Shown: one piece after another, positions 19,063-28,922 of the stretch
How the letters are laid out: each line of letters opens with the position of its first letter
Numbering within the stretch: position 1 is the first letter of the stretch
Origin: Candidatus Saccharimonadota bacterium
GTDB taxonomy: Bacteria; Patescibacteriota; Saccharimonadia; Saccharimonadales; UBA4665
Direction of reading: 5' to 3'
Length of the DNA: 64,000 nucleotides
NCBI GenBank assembly: GCA_028289245.1
Contig: JAQGGT010000006.1
Location: 144,948-208,947, forward strand
Program-made: the position numbers and the translations under genes
The notes under the pieces: generated by a model
Seen by the model: the letters and a program-made list of their open reading frames with translations, nothing else
What the model was told of the DNA's origin: nothing
Database searches by the model: none

Positions 19063-20085
19063 ATGACTGACTATGAAACCGTTGCCGATAATCTACTGCC
19101 GGCTATTGCCTACGGCGATGCCGCCGGACTGCCATTTGAGAAAAAGCCACCGCTTGAGGCCTATAGCATCACCGAATTGCATGATACTGAAACCAACCCG
19201 TTTATAGGCCAGTACCCAGCCGGTACCTGGAGCGACGATACGCACCTGAGTATTGCGGTTACAAAGAGTCTCATGGAAGCCGAGGGCTTTGACATTCACT
19301 CGCAAGCCGCCTGGCATGTCGAGGCGCTGGCGCACGTTAAGGGCGCCGAAACCGATCCCGATTTGATTCCGCCGGTAGTCACCGACAAACGCCAGAACGG
19401 TTGGGGCAAGAGCACCACCCAGAGCATCGAGAGACTGGAGGCCGGTGGCGACCCGCGTGATTCGGGTAATCCCGGCGGTGCCGGTAATGGTGTACTGATG
19501 AAGCTAGCCCCCCTGCTGGTCTGGCAATTTGCCCACAAAACTAATGCCGGCCAGGCCGAACGCGAGCTAATCCAGCTCACCTATATGACGCATAGGGCGC
19601 CAGAAGCGGCCGTCTGTAGTTTGGTGCACGGTGCCCTATTTGATCGCTTGATGGCCGATGAAGTCACCCCGATTGAGGCCTTAGCCAGTGCCTACCGCGA
19701 CGCCCTCGATTATGAGCAAGACCTTGATGTCGAGCCGGTACTGAGCGACATGTTGCGCTATCTATCGATCAGAGCGGTAGCTGGCACGCTGGCCCGTCAG
19801 GATATCCTGGACGTCACGCCGAAAAAAGGCTTTTATGCTCCGGAAACGCTCGCTATGGTCTACGGCAGCTTTGCGCTAGAGCCGCATTTTCCGTACAGCG
19901 TCCACCGGGCCGTTGAGCTTGGAGGCGACAGTGACAGCGTGGCGGCCGTTGTGGCGCCGTTGTCGCTGGCCTATCAGAAGCACTACACTCGCCCCGCTGA
20001 GGAGCACCGCATTACGTATTTGAACCGCTTGCACCGGCTGTCCATGGAATTTGGCGACGCGACCTTCCGGGCCCGCCCCCAGTAG
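19063..20085 (+). CDS. ADP-ribosylglycohydrolase (DraG/ARH family)
   Basis: GDAAG, WSDDT, GNGVLM, THR, GGDSDS; AAGGAGG RBS. Confidence 0.92.
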   Translation: MTDYETVADNLLPAIAYGDAAGLPFEKKPPLEAYSITELHDTETNPFIGQYPAGTWSDDTHLSIAVTKSLMEAEGFDIHSQAAWHVEALAHVKGAETDPDLIPPVVTDKRQNGWGKSTTQSIERLEAGGDPRDSGNPGGAGNGVLMKLAPLLVWQFAHKTNAGQAERELIQLTYMTHRAPEAAVCSLVHGALFDRLMADEVTPIEALASAYRDALDYEQDLDVEPVLSDMLRYLSIRAVAGTLARQDILDVTPKKGFYAPETLAMVYGSFALEPHFPYSVHRAVELGGDSDSVAAVVAPLSLAYQKHYTRPAEEHRITYLNRLHRLSMEFGDATFRARPQ

Positions 20086-20089
20086 TCAG

Positions 20090-20770
20090 CTAGTCGAAGC
20101 TGCGTTCCAGCGTCTGGAGATCAGGCTGACAAAATTTATAGAGGCGTGCCGGTCGGTGCGCCCCCTCCTTGAACATCTCTGCCGTAGCCTCGATCAGGCC
20201 GAGCGACAGGTATTTTTTGCGGAAGTTGCGCTTGTCTAGTGGCCGTCCGAGTACGGCTTCGTAGGCGGCTTGCAACGTCGACAGCGTAAAGGTCTTGGGC
20301 AGCAGCGCGAAAACAGCGTTGGTATAAGTCAATTTGGCTTTGAGACGAGAGTGAGCATAGGCGATGATGTCGGCGTGGTCGTAGGCAAGGTCCGGCAGAT
20401 CGTCGACCGGGAAGAAGGCCGGCGATTGCAGGTCAGGCCCACTGCCCGGCTCGAGGTCTTTACCAAGGCCCATGTAACTGACGCTCACGGCGTGGCCGCG
20501 CGGGTCGCGGGCAACGGTATCGAAGGTGTAGAGTTGCTCGGTGAGTTCCAGATCGTCGGTGTTGACGCCGGTTTTGTCCAGTAACACGCGCTGCATAGCT
20601 TGGTGGGTAGTCTCGCCAGCGGCGCAGTAGCCACCTGGCAAAGCCCAGGTACCCAAAAACGGCTCTTGATTGCGCTTGATGAGGAGCACGGTCAGTGCAC
20701 CAGCCTGTAGCTGGAAAATAATGCTATCGACAACCAGGGTCGGTGCGACGTATATGCCTTCGTATTTCAT
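20090..20770 (-). CDS. nrtR: Nudix-wHTH transcriptional regulator
   Basis: WALPGG, EQLYTF..RDPR, LAYDH, LDKRNFRKK, HRPARLY. Confidence 0.93.
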   Translation of the reverse strand: MKYEGIYVAPTLVVDSIIFQLQAGALTVLLIKRNQEPFLGTWALPGGYCAAGETTHQAMQRVLLDKTGVNTDDLELTEQLYTFDTVARDPRGHAVSVSYMGLGKDLEPGSGPDLQSPAFFPVDDLPDLAYDHADIIAYAHSRLKAKLTYTNAVFALLPKTFTLSTLQAAYEAVLGRPLDKRNFRKKYLSLGLIEATAEMFKEGAHRPARLYKFCQPDLQTLERSFD

Positions 20771-20784
20771 GCTCACAGTATAGC

Positions 20785-22710
20785 CTATTGCCACAAGGCC
20801 GTGTTATAGAGGTCCGGCGGCATACGCCAATCACCGCGCGGGCTGAGGCTGGTACCAACTTTGGGACCGTTGGGCATATTCTCGCGCTTGAACTGGGCGA
20901 AGGCAAAGCGCCGGATAAAACTGCGCAGCCAGCTATCGATGGTTTCGCTTGAGTAATCCCCTTCCATGGCCTGCGTAGCGAGGTAGTGGATTTTGGAAGG
21001 CGATTCGCCGCTGCGGACGAGGTGCTGCAAGTAGAATTCGCGGAGTTCGATCGGCCCGACAACTTCGTCGGTGCTCTGGCTGATGCCGCCGCTGCCGTCG
21101 GTGGTCAACTCTGGTGAGACGATAGTATGTAGGATGTCGTCGAGCACGTTGGCGGCCACCACAAACCGCGGCTGGACGGCGGCGTGCTCGACCAGCGCTT
21201 TGACGACCGTCTTGGGGATGCTGGCGTTGACGTTGTAGTGGCTTTGCTGGTCGGCATTATACGTGCACCAGCCGATGGCAATCTCGCTCAGGTCGCCGGT
21301 GCCGAGGACGATGGCATGGTTGCGGTTGCCGTAATTAAAGAGCAGGTTGGTGCGGGCCCGTGCTTGGGCGTTTTCGTAGGTAATGTCCTGGGTCAGGCCG
21401 TCGTGACCCAAGGCGGCCAGTTCGGCGGCCACCATGCCGTTGATAGGGATGACTTGGTTGTTGACGCCCAGTAGTTTAGCGAGGAGTTGGGCATTGGTTT
21501 GGGTCCCCTCACTGCTGGCCGGTCCGGGCATGGTGAGCGTATCGATCATGTCGGCCGGCTGAACGTGCATGATATCGGCTGCCCGGATTGCGACCAGCAA
21601 GGCGAGAGTGGAATCGAGGCCGCCGCTCAGGCCAAGAACCAAACGGTTTTGATGCGTGGCCCGCATCCGCGCCGCCAGACCGCTGGCTTGAATTTGCAGG
21701 GTGGTTTCCAGGCGGGTAAAGCGTTCCGCGGCCGATTCGTCGGGCAAAAATGGGTTGCGATCAATCCGGCGTATCAGCCCGACTTGCTGGCGCTCTACCC
21801 CGGTGTGGATGAGCAGCGTACCAGCAATGCTAGCAGCGTGTTGTTTGCGGCGGTCGTGTTGCAAAATATCAATGTCAATATCGGCGATGCGTAAATCAGC
21901 ATCATCACTAAAAGGCTGCCGCTCGGCCAGTAAGTGACCGTTTTCGTAAATTAATTGGTGGCCGCCCATAACAATCTCGGCAGTTGATTCGCTAGTGTGG
22001 CAGCCAGCGTAGGCGTAGGCGCCGACCAGCTTGGCGGACTGCATGCGCACCAAGTTATTGCGGTAGCTGGCTTTGTCGACCTGCTCGGGCGAGGCCGATG
22101 GATTAACGATAACTAAGGCGCCCTTAGCGGCCAGCTTGATGCTCGGCGAGTCGGCCACCCAGAGATCTTCGCAGATCTCGATGCCGCAAGCCGTACCGCC
22201 GACTTCAAAGAGCATGTCGGTACCAAATGGCACGGTGCTGTCGCCAATCTGCACGCTCGTATTTGGCCCGTCCCAGCCGTCGTACCAGCGGTCTTCGTAA
22301 AATTCGTTGTAGGTCGGCAGGTTGGTCTTAGGCACGATGCCTTGGACCCGCCCGTCAGCGATCATGGCGGCGCAGTTGTAGAGCCGGTTGCCGACTTGCA
22401 GTGGCAGCCCAACTACCATCGCTGTGGGCTGCTGCTCAGTGGCGCTGGCCAGCAGTGACAGGCCTTGTTTGGCTTGGTCGAGCAGCTGATTTTGGTTGAC
22501 GAGGTCACCGAGCGTGTAGCCGGTGACTGACAACTCGGGAAATGTCACCAGGCTAACGTCACGCTGGACTGCTTTGTGGTAGAGGTCGTCGATGCGTTGT
22601 AGGTTGGTTTCGACGTCGGCCACGGCGACTTCCGGACAAGCGGTGGCAATGCGGAGGTAGCCGTCGCGGGGCTGGTAATCGTAGAGGGGTTCGGGGGATG
22701 GTGTTTCCAT
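20785..22710 (-). CDS. nadE: glutamine-dependent NAD+ synthetase
   Basis: Nitrilase domain (FPEL, PKT, EICEDLW) plus synthetase domain (SGGLDS, ENAQAR, GTGDLSE, QFKR, SPRGDWRMP). Confidence 0.97.
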   Translation of the reverse strand: METPSPEPLYDYQPRDGYLRIATACPEVAVADVETNLQRIDDLYHKAVQRDVSLVTFPELSVTGYTLGDLVNQNQLLDQAKQGLSLLASATEQQPTAMVVGLPLQVGNRLYNCAAMIADGRVQGIVPKTNLPTYNEFYEDRWYDGWDGPNTSVQIGDSTVPFGTDMLFEVGGTACGIEICEDLWVADSPSIKLAAKGALVIVNPSASPEQVDKASYRNNLVRMQSAKLVGAYAYAGCHTSESTAEIVMGGHQLIYENGHLLAERQPFSDDADLRIADIDIDILQHDRRKQHAASIAGTLLIHTGVERQQVGLIRRIDRNPFLPDESAAERFTRLETTLQIQASGLAARMRATHQNRLVLGLSGGLDSTLALLVAIRAADIMHVQPADMIDTLTMPGPASSEGTQTNAQLLAKLLGVNNQVIPINGMVAAELAALGHDGLTQDITYENAQARARTNLLFNYGNRNHAIVLGTGDLSEIAIGWCTYNADQQSHYNVNASIPKTVVKALVEHAAVQPRFVVAANVLDDILHTIVSPELTTDGSGGISQSTDEVVGPIELREFYLQHLVRSGESPSKIHYLATQAMEGDYSSETIDSWLRSFIRRFAFAQFKRENMPNGPKVGTSLSPRGDWRMPPDLYNTALWQ

Positions 22711-22725
22711 AAGTATGATCCTTAT

Positions 22726-22794
22726 ATAGTGTGGTTATTACACTTATAAGCTTTAGGATAGCGCGCTTATTACTAAGTGTCAAGTATACAATAA
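22726..22794. promoter_or_regulatory. two NrtR operators upstream of nadE
   Basis: ATAGTGT-N7-ACACTTA (22726-46) and TAAGTGT-N7-ACAATAA (22774-94). Confidence 0.8.
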
Positions 22795-22854
22795 GTAAGT
22801 GGTACCGAAGTTACTGATCTGGTATTAGACAAGTTTTTATGTAATAATATCCAG

Positions 22855-24087
22855 GTGATGGAAAAATTTAACGTACTACCGGACACCAATGTTGACGCTG
22901 TCATGCTGGCCAATGCCGAATGGCAAACTATGTTGACCGCTCATGACGACCCGATTAACACTACCATTGGCGTCATGCTAGATCCGGCCACTGGCAAGCC
23001 GTGGCGGCCGCAGGCGATAGAGCAGAGCCTGGAGATGACCCTCGGCAGTATTGAAGATACGCATAACTACGGTTATCAAGGCCAAGGCGGCGATGGCCAG
23101 TTCTTAGCCGAATTTGGCAAATTTGCTTTTGGTGCCAAGTTCTATGAACAGCTCGACGGCCAGTTGCTTGGCACGCAGGCCCCCGGTGGCACCGGCGCCC
23201 TAACCTTAGCTAAAGAAACATTGCGTGAGCTGGTGCCGGTCAGTCCGGACGGCAGTATCCCCCTACTTCTTGATGACGGCTGGCCAAACTACCGGGCGAT
23301 GTTCAGTGAGCACTTCGCCATCACTGAGCTCGGTCAAACCAGTTCAGCTGCCGGTCATGCCCGTACTATGGAGCTGATCGAACAAGCCGCGCCAAACACG
23401 GTGGTATTGCTGCAGGTCTGTGGTTATAACGACGACGGCCTCGACAGAAGCGAAGCCGAATGGGACGACGTTTTATCGGCGCTCGCTCGCCGTGAATTAC
23501 CGGTAATACTCGACTCGGCCTATCTTGGTCTGGCCGAAGATCTTGAAGCCGATAGCTACGCGATCCGCCAGGCGGTTAACGCCGGCGTGCTCAGCTTTAT
23601 AGCCACTTCCAGTTCCAAAAACATGGGGCTCTATAACGAACGCGTTGGCGCCCTGTACATCGCCAATGCTGGCGAGGTTTTGGGGACCGAACAGCAGCGC
23701 CGTTTGCAACAGGCCACCAACCGAGCGGTGCGCCGAATTTACTCGAGTCCACCACTGCTTGGCGCCAAAGCCGTAGGCAGCATGCTGGCCAGTCCATTTT
23801 TCTCGGAGCAGTATGCTGGCGAGCTACTACAAGCTCGACTCCGCTTGCAGGACAACCGCTACGTTTTGGGCCAGCAACTTGGTGAAAGGTTCACCCAGAT
23901 CCTTAATGGCCACGGGTTATTTACTAAGTTATTGCCAAACAAAGGCTTCACACCTGCTCAGCTGCAGTTTATGAAAGAAGAGGGTGTGCTGGCGCTCCCA
24001 AGCTCGCGTATCAACCTTGGTGGCGTGGCACCGCGCCACATTGAGCGACTCGGCGAAACAATTGTTCAAGCCCTGAACCGTCGCTAG
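22855..24087 (+). CDS. aspartate/aromatic aminotransferase (class I PLP)
   Basis: QAPGGTGAL, DSAYLG, SSSKNMGLYNERVG, SRIN. Confidence 0.88.
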   Translation: MMEKFNVLPDTNVDAVMLANAEWQTMLTAHDDPINTTIGVMLDPATGKPWRPQAIEQSLEMTLGSIEDTHNYGYQGQGGDGQFLAEFGKFAFGAKFYEQLDGQLLGTQAPGGTGALTLAKETLRELVPVSPDGSIPLLLDDGWPNYRAMFSEHFAITELGQTSSAAGHARTMELIEQAAPNTVVLLQVCGYNDDGLDRSEAEWDDVLSALARRELPVILDSAYLGLAEDLEADSYAIRQAVNAGVLSFIATSSSKNMGLYNERVGALYIANAGEVLGTEQQRRLQQATNRAVRRIYSSPPLLGAKAVGSMLASPFFSEQYAGELLQARLRLQDNRYVLGQQLGERFTQILNGHGLFTKLLPNKGFTPAQLQFMKEEGVLALPSSRINLGGVAPRHIERLGETIVQALNRR

Positions 24088-25160
24088 CGCTGGCGCTGGA
24101 GTAACGACACTACTAGGGCTCGAAAAGCTTGTTTAGTAGTGGCCGGCAAATGGGTGCTGGCGAGCCCGATTAGGGCTTTTTGATGATAATCGTCGATGAG
24201 CGCTTCGGTTTCGGCTACCGCGCCGCAGCGGCGCATGACGGTGCGAATTTTTTCGGCCTGGTGGGCGGTGAGCGGCTTGCCGATGGCCTTGAGTATGCCC
24301 GTGCGTTGGCTAACGGTACAACGCCGTAAAGTGGCCTGCAACAAATACGTTACCTTGCCCTCCTCCAGATCGCCTTGATTGGTCTTGCCGGTAATGCTCG
24401 GATCGCCAAAGCTACCGAGTAAATCGTCACAGAGTTGATAGGCGATGCCGAGGTTGGCGGCAAACAAGCTGAGCTTGGTACGTTCGGCAACCGAGGCGCC
24501 GGCGAGTTCGGCGCCGCAGAGCAGCGGCGCGACCATCGAGTAGGTGGCAGTCTTGAGTTCGGCAATCCGCAGGCTGTCGACGGTAGTTTTTTCGCGCAGC
24601 ACGCTGTCGGTATCAAATTGTTCGCCGGCAACGACGCTAAACAGCGCTCGTTGCAGGTGACGCTGGACGACCATAATCTGCGCCGGTGCCAAACCGCTGT
24701 CGAGCAAAATGGTGTGAGCACTAGTGAGCAGTAAATCACCGGCGAGCATGGCTAGACTGTCGGAGTAGTGGCGGGCCGCATTGGCCGCCAGATTGTGCTC
24801 CCGACGGTAATATTTTTGGTAGTAACCGGAAACATTGTCGATGCCATAACGCATTGTATCGTGGTCGATGATGTCATCGTGGATCAAGAGGCCGACGTGC
24901 AACAGCTCTAGGGCTGCACCGACGGCTACTAAAGTCCGGTCATCAGTGCCGCCGTAGGCGTGATATGCCAGCAAGCACAGGTACGGCCGCAGCCGTTTGC
25001 CGCCGGCCATGGTGAGCGTATGGGTGACACCCCAGAGTTCATAGTAAGCTGGTCCGATACTAGCGGCCTGGGCGAGCTGCTCCCGAAAGAATGCCTCCAA
25101 ATACTGGTTTACCCGTAGCCGCACTGCTTGCCGATCGGGGAGCGATGGGGGAGTTGCCAT
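24084..25160 (-). CDS. polyprenyl diphosphate synthase
   Basis: GGKRLRP, HDDIID, KTATY, YQLCDDLLG. Confidence 0.93.
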   Translation of the reverse strand: MATPPSLPDRQAVRLRVNQYLEAFFREQLAQAASIGPAYYELWGVTHTLTMAGGKRLRPYLCLLAYHAYGGTDDRTLVAVGAALELLHVGLLIHDDIIDHDTMRYGIDNVSGYYQKYYRREHNLAANAARHYSDSLAMLAGDLLLTSAHTILLDSGLAPAQIMVVQRHLQRALFSVVAGEQFDTDSVLREKTTVDSLRIAELKTATYSMVAPLLCGAELAGASVAERTKLSLFAANLGIAYQLCDDLLGSFGDPSITGKTNQGDLEEGKVTYLLQATLRRCTVSQRTGILKAIGKPLTAHQAEKIRTVMRRCGAVAETEALIDDYHQKALIGLASTHLPATTKQAFRALVVSLLQRQR

Positions 25161-25199
25161 GACTTTATCATAGGCCACAAACCCTAAATAAAGATTATC

Positions 25200-25691
25200 T
25201 TAGGCTTTTTCCTTTTTCGCTGGTTGGCTAAGCTGTGTAAGCTTGTAAAGCACATTGACGTAGGTGGCTAGCTCTCGAGCGTTCATACGCTTAAAAACTG
25301 TTTCCCGGAACTGCTTGCTGAGACCCTGCTCGATTTCGGTGCAAGTAGCGATGTAATCCGGACTTACCTTGAGGATCTTGGTACGATTATCGTGCTTATG
25401 GCCCGAGCGCAAGACCTTACCCTGGGTTTCAAGATTGTTGACGGCAGTGGTTAGGTAGCCCACGGTCGTGCCGAGTTGTTTGGCGAGGTCGGTAATGCGG
25501 ATGCCGTCGTTGCCGGTGTCGGCAATGGCGCCCACGATGTACCAGTGCATGCGAGTCAGGCCGTATGGTTTGAGGAAATTGTCGGCAATTTTTTTGGTGG
25601 TACGCAGGGCGTGCGACTGCACAATACCAACCTGCCAGGTGGGGACGTTGGCAATATCAATGCCGCTATTATCGCTGCTTGTAACACTCAT
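25200..25691 (-). CDS. MarR-family regulator
   Basis: LKPYGLT...W, ITDLAKQLG, DNRTK wHTH pattern; start may be 25703. Confidence 0.85.
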   Translation of the reverse strand: MSVTSSDNSGIDIANVPTWQVGIVQSHALRTTKKIADNFLKPYGLTRMHWYIVGAIADTGNDGIRITDLAKQLGTTVGYLTTAVNNLETQGKVLRSGHKHDNRTKILKVSPDYIATCTEIEQGLSKQFRETVFKRMNARELATYVNVLYKLTQLSQPAKKEKA

Positions 25692-25824
25692 AGATGTCTC
25701 CATTATACGGATAAAACAAGTAATTTCCGCATATAAAGCACCGGTGCGAAGTTAGCAATTTTACGGACTCATCAGGAACGAGCTGTCATGATGGTCTGTA
25801 ACGACGAGTAACGAAAGGAGCGCT

Positions 25825-26718
25825 ATGTCAGATCAGTACCAAATGCAAAATCCGCTCACGCAGTATCCCCGGCCACCATTCCCGAAGCAGCCGCAGTCGG
25901 CTCCGGGGCTTGCCCAAAAAATGGACCCTAAGCCAGACCATGGCGAAGACAGCTATCGCGGTGCCGGTCGCTTGGAGGGCCGCAAAGCGCTGGTAACGGG
26001 CGGCGATTCAGGGATTGGCCGGGCCACGGCTATCGCCTATGCCCGTGAAGGGGCGGATGTCGTCATCAACTACCTGCCGTCGGAAGAAGCCGATGCTCAG
26101 GAAGTTATTGCGCTACTCAAAGCAACCGGTCGTAAGGTGGTGGCCGTGCCAGGCGACATCAGTGACGAGGCCTTTTGCAAGCAATTAATTGAAACCACTG
26201 TCTCGGAGCTCGGCGGTATTGATATTTTGGCAAATATAGCCGGCAAACAAGTAGCAGTCGAGGCGATTGCCGACCTAGAAACGGCTCAGATCGAGGCGAC
26301 ATTTGCTACTAATGTCTATGCCATGATGTGGCTGTGTAAGGCTGCCCTGCCGCACCTGCCGGCTGGAGCAACCATCATTACTACTGCTTCAATCCAGTCC
26401 TACCAGCCGTCGGCGCAGCTGCTGGACTACGCTTCTACCAAAGCGGCAATTGTGGCCTTTACTCAAGGTTTAGCACAGCAGGTTGCCGAAAAAGGGATTC
26501 GAGTTAACGCCGTGGCGCCCGGTCCGATTTGGACGCCACTTCAGCCGAGTGGTGGTCAGCCGCAGGAGGCCATTCCCGACTTCGGCACCCAGGTCCCATT
26601 GGGTCGTCCCGGACAGCCCGCTGAAGTCGCGCCGGCATACGTATTTTTAGCGTCACAAGAGTCAAGTTTCATTACAGCCGAAGTAATCGGCGTTACCGGT
26701 GGCAACCACTTACCCTAA
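25825..26718 (+). CDS. SDR oxidoreductase (YghA/YhxD type)
   Basis: [27 protein letters not shown]. Confidence 0.95.
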   Translation: MSDQYQMQNPLTQYPRPPFPKQPQSAPGLAQKMDPKPDHGEDSYRGAGRLEGRKALVTGGDSGIGRATAIAYAREGADVVINYLPSEEADAQEVIALLKATGRKVVAVPGDISDEAFCKQLIETTVSELGGIDILANIAGKQVAVEAIADLETAQIEATFATNVYAMMWLCKAALPHLPAGATIITTASIQSYQPSAQLLDYASTKAAIVAFTQGLAQQVAEKGIRVNAVAPGPIWTPLQPSGGQPQEAIPDFGTQVPLGRPGQPAEVAPAYVFLASQESSFITAEVIGVTGGNHLP

Positions 26719-26770
26719 ATAATCCTGTAATTGCTAGGCAAAAGGCTTACGCTTACCTATACTTGTAGCT

Positions 26771-28333
26771 ATGACGCGAGATGAGCGTGGGTTTACTTTG
26801 GTGGAAATAGTGGTGGGTATCGTTATCCTCTCGATGGCTTCGGTTGGCTTTTTTGCGCTGCTGATTACCCTGACGCAAAGTGCCGTAATCGCCAAACGCC
26901 AAGCCGTGGCGCTCACCATGGCCACCAGCCAGATGGAGTATCTGAAGTCACTGCCCTACAACAACCTGGCGGTAGCCGGCGGCGCAATCCCGGCCACCAG
27001 CCCGCTGCCGGCGTCGTTTACGAAGATAACTAATGGCGAAAAGTATATCGTCAAAACCAGCATTAGCTATGCCGATGACGCCTACGATGGCTGTGGATCA
27101 TACCCCACGCAGGCCTTGAAGCAGCAATATTGCCGTAATTATCCGGCGCCGTCGGGCGCGCCGGCTACCGACACCAATCCGGCCGACTACAAAGACGTTA
27201 GCGTGGTGGTGACTGATAGTTCAAACTTGCAGCTGGCCTCAGTCGATACTGACGTCGCGGCACTAGTAGCCGAGACGGCGAGTAACACCGGAGCTATCTT
27301 TGTGAAAGTGGTCGATGGAGCGGGAACAGCAGTTACGGGGGCCTCAGTGACAGTGGCTAACTCGACAACTTCACCGCTAGTAAACGTCAGTGATACCACC
27401 GACCAAAATGGTATCGTCATTTTTTATGGCTTGCCGCCGAGTACTAGTGGTAATAAATATGTGATTACTGCATCGCAGACGGGTTATTCCTCACTCACGA
27501 CGATTGCGCCGTCCGGGAGTTTGGTGCCGACCTACGCTAGCCAAAACCTAATTGCCCAGAATTCCTCATTTACAACGATGGCTATCTATCCGCAGGGCCA
27601 AAATAGTTTAGTAGTGGAGACAACCGATGTCAGTGGTAACCCGCTCGCCAACGTCAAAGTCTATACCAAAGGTGGCTATAAGAAATACACCGCTACCACT
27701 GACACGACCTACTATTACGACACGCTCACTCCTACCGATAGCCGGCCGGTCACCGACAGTAATGGCTTCGCGACGCTTGCTAATCTGGTGCCGGGTAATT
27801 ATCGGTTCTGTGGTGATGCTGGCGCCACGAGCTGTGCCGTGGGCAGCACGACTTACTACTTAGCGGCTGCCCTGCCGTACGGCGGCACTAATCCGTTCAA
27901 TCCGGTTACCGTACCGATCTACGATGCAGCTAGTCCGCCCACCACGACCTTTACCTACAACGGCAACCAATTCCTACAAAAGGTCCGCCTGTTACTTACC
28001 ACCAGCGCCAGTTTCCCGCGCATCGCCAGCATGACGCCCTACGACGTCAGTTTGGCCACTGGTGCCCTGACCAACATCGCCTTTACCATTGCCGGTACTA
28101 ACCTGCCATGCACTAGCACCGCGAGCAGCTGCCAAACCACCGTGACGTTCTCGCAGGGCGCCACCAACTACCCGGCCAGTTGTACCGGCTCGAGTGCCGG
28201 CACAGCGCTCAGTTGTAAAGTTACCCTTACCGGCGCCACGGCTGGTAATACGCAGATGAAAGTTACCGCCAACGGCTTTACCCTCACAATCCCGGCCGGT
28301 CCACCGCTAGGAGGTTTCATTGTCAGTCCCTAA
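26771..28333 (+). CDS. PilV-like minor pilin with large beta-rich C-terminal domains
   Basis: RG|FTLVE prepilin motif; Thr-rich beta repeats, Cys pairs. Confidence 0.85.
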   Translation: MTRDERGFTLVEIVVGIVILSMASVGFFALLITLTQSAVIAKRQAVALTMATSQMEYLKSLPYNNLAVAGGAIPATSPLPASFTKITNGEKYIVKTSISYADDAYDGCGSYPTQALKQQYCRNYPAPSGAPATDTNPADYKDVSVVVTDSSNLQLASVDTDVAALVAETASNTGAIFVKVVDGAGTAVTGASVTVANSTTSPLVNVSDTTDQNGIVIFYGLPPSTSGNKYVITASQTGYSSLTTIAPSGSLVPTYASQNLIAQNSSFTTMAIYPQGQNSLVVETTDVSGNPLANVKVYTKGGYKKYTATTDTTYYYDTLTPTDSRPVTDSNGFATLANLVPGNYRFCGDAGATSCAVGSTTYYLAAALPYGGTNPFNPVTVPIYDAASPPTTTFTYNGNQFLQKVRLLLTTSASFPRIASMTPYDVSLATGALTNIAFTIAGTNLPCTSTASSCQTTVTFSQGATNYPASCTGSSAGTALSCKVTLTGATAGNTQMKVTANGFTLTIPAGPPLGGFIVSP

Positions 28334-28922
28334 CTCCAGGCCGGCACAGGCCGGTTTCACCCTCATCGAGCTGTTGATTGCCATGACGGTTATGGCGGTG
28401 GTATTTTTGACATTCGGCATCTTCTTTAATAATTATCTGCGTTCCTATGCCGACTATCAGAAAGACGGCAGTAACTTCACCCAAGTCTCGATGCAGTCGG
28501 AGCGCATCGCCAACGTCATGCGCGGCTTAACGGCCATCACCTCGGCGGCGGGCGACGATTTGGTTGGGTATGCCTACTTCTCGCCTGGCGATACTTACAC
28601 CTCGCTCACGCATTACTATTACGACAGCACCGCCAAAAGCATCAAGGTCGAAGTCACGCCGATGACAGCCAATTACCCCACCGGCACGCCGATTACCGCC
28701 CAGAAGCAGAGCTATACCATCGTCGACAACTACACTAAAAAGACTGGTAGCAACTTGTTTGATTATTTTGATTCCGGCGGTAACGCTATTACGCTACCGA
28801 TAAGTGATCTCGATACAATCGTTGATATTCAAGTTAACCTAGTAGCGGCCACCTCACAAACTGCAGCCGGCCAAACGCTCAATGTAAAAGTAAGTTTACG
28901 GAATAGGAAAATAAATCTATGA
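28320..28922 (+). CDS. PilW-like minor pilin
   Basis: AG|FTLIE; GGAGG RBS before TTG; C-terminal VSLRN. Confidence 0.85.
   Translation: MSVPNSRPAQAGFTLIELLIAMTVMAVVFLTFGIFFNNYLRSYADYQKDGSNFTQVSMQSERIANVMRGLTAITSAAGDDLVGYAYFSPGDTYTSLTHYYYDSTAKSIKVEVTPMTANYPTGTPITAQKQSYTIVDNYTKKTGSNLFDYFDSGGNAITLPISDLDTIVDIQVNLVAATSQTAAGQTLNVKVSLRNRKINL

Noticed and set aside
22855..24087. Aminotransferase as a de novo NAD pathway gene
   Set aside because: No nadA, nadB or nadC in the window; adjacency alone is insufficient
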